Below, piece after piece: positions 44,102-45,106 of a stretch of DNA of 45,106 nt. The stretch covers positions 1 to 45,106 of the forward strand of contig JAGQJT010000006.1 of assembly GCA_020430505.1 (NCBI GenBank). The letters run 5' to 3'. The position numbers and the translations under genes are program-made. Within the stretch, counting starts at the first letter, position 1. Every line of letters begins with the position of its first letter. Under the pieces are notes generated by a model. It worked only from the letters and a program-made list of their open reading frames with translations, made no database searches and was not told where the DNA came from. The stretch is from Nanobdellota archaeon (GTDB lineage Archaea > Nanobdellota > Nanobdellia > Pacearchaeales > GW2011-AR1).

Positions 44102-45106
44102 ATGGAAGCTAATAATAATTCAGATAGATTTGAATTAATCTACTCATTTTTTATGTTGATATTTGGATTTGGAATTATTGCTTGCTTTCTGGTTGCGATT
44201 GGTTTCATCATTTACATATACAATTTTATGTTTCTCATTTATTGTTGGCCTATCTTGGTTGGCATCTGGTTAGGAATTTTTAGGAAATCAGATAAAGGAT
44301 ATGAAATGGAGTTAAAACAAGAAGATGCCAAAAAATTAAATGGAATTATAGAAAAAATCATCAAAAAAACTGGACAAAAAAAGCCCTATAAAATAATTCT
44401 TTCAGAAGGTAGTGGAATTGCCGTAAGTGGATTGTTCAGGAAAAAACTAATCATTGGATTGGCTACACTTCAATTGTTAAACGAAAAAGATTTACTTGCA
44501 ATCATCGCACATGAATACGGACATTTTGCTAAGAAAGATACTATTTTAGGATATTTCACATATAGAATACAGAATTTTATTGAATTGCAAAAGGAAATAA
44601 ACAAGCAAAATATAGGAGTTAGTTTTACAATTGTGATTTATTTACCAACCTGGCTTTTTTTCTATTTACTTTCAAAATATTATACTCTTATTAGTTTGTG
44701 GTATAGCAGAAGAGTTGAATATAGAGCAGATAGATTCGCCGCAGATTTAGTCGGAGAAAAAGAGTTTGCTGATGCTCTTGTTAAATATTGTGTAATAAGT
44801 GAGATTTTTGAAAATGTGATTCCCCAACATATTATTCATTTTCTCCAACAAGATAAGCAGTTAGTCAAAATGAATAAAATGTGATTCCCCAACATATTAT
44901 TCATTTTCTCCAACAAGATAAGCAGTTAGTCAATATTTACGATTATATGAATCCAATATATACAGAAGACAATATCAAAAAGTCTTTCAAAGGAGTTTTA
45001 TCCGATAAAAGCAGTTGGTGGTCAACGCATCCAAGCATAAGTGAAAGACTGGAAGCACTAAATACTAAATCTGTTGAGGTAAATATCAATACCAATCTAA
45101 AGGATT
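44102..45106 (+). pseudogene. M48-family (HtpX/Ste24-like) zinc metallopeptidase interrupted by a 65-bp duplication (cassette 7 cargo; 3' end outside the window)
   Basis: N-terminal TM helices and HEYGH (IAHEYGHFAKKD). The frame ends at 44884 (..LVKMNKM*). From 44881 a second frame repeats VIPQHIIHFLQQDKQLV and continues open to the window end, including WWSTHPSISERL, the conserved C-terminal M48 motif. Confidence 0.65.
44811..44933 (+). repeat. tandem duplication: two perfect 58-bp copies with a 7-bp spacer (period 65)
   Basis: 44811-44868 equals 44876-44933 (AAAATGTGATTCCCCAACATATTATTCATTTTCTCCAACAAGATAAGCAGTTAGTCAA). The spacer is AATGAAT. Confidence 0.95.

Overview
AT-rich (about 30% GC by eye) archaeal sequence, most likely from a DPANN-type episymbiont. 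Archaeal markers are an Elp3 radical-SAM/GNAT gene, an intron-containing tRNA with a bulge-helix-bulge-compatible junction, a class III (pilin-like) signal peptide, TATA/BRE-like promoters 22-30 nt upstream of start codons, and tRNAs without encoded CCA. The window has three parts. (1) 1-5 kb and 29-38 kb hold housekeeping or small genes: a SET-domain methyltransferase, YchF/Obg-like and YlqF-like GTPases, Nudix, Elp3, PspC, a GT2-GT4 operon and tRNA-Glu. (2) 5.0-28.9 kb is a 24-kb, almost gap-free, minus-strand cluster of ten secreted or anchored surface proteins, including genes of 2103, 1312 and 1893 codons. They combine LamG, beta-helix, Cys-rich, phosphoesterase and tail-fibre-like repeat modules, and the cluster is interrupted only by an intron-containing tRNA-Ile(UAU). 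(3) 38.1 kb to the window end is the most unusual part. Single genes in either orientation are separated by seven co-oriented, GC-richer structured cores with attC-like R''/R' boxes (..TAAC / GTTA..), covarying hairpins and C-GNA-G mini-hairpins. Five of the seven genes are also bracketed by their own perfect 10-18 bp inverted repeats that abut the core borders. This reads as an integron-like gene-cassette array with an extended recombination-site architecture I do not recognise. No integrase, transposase, rRNA or CRISPR array is visible in the window. All protein calls rest on motifs recognised by eye; no searches were run.
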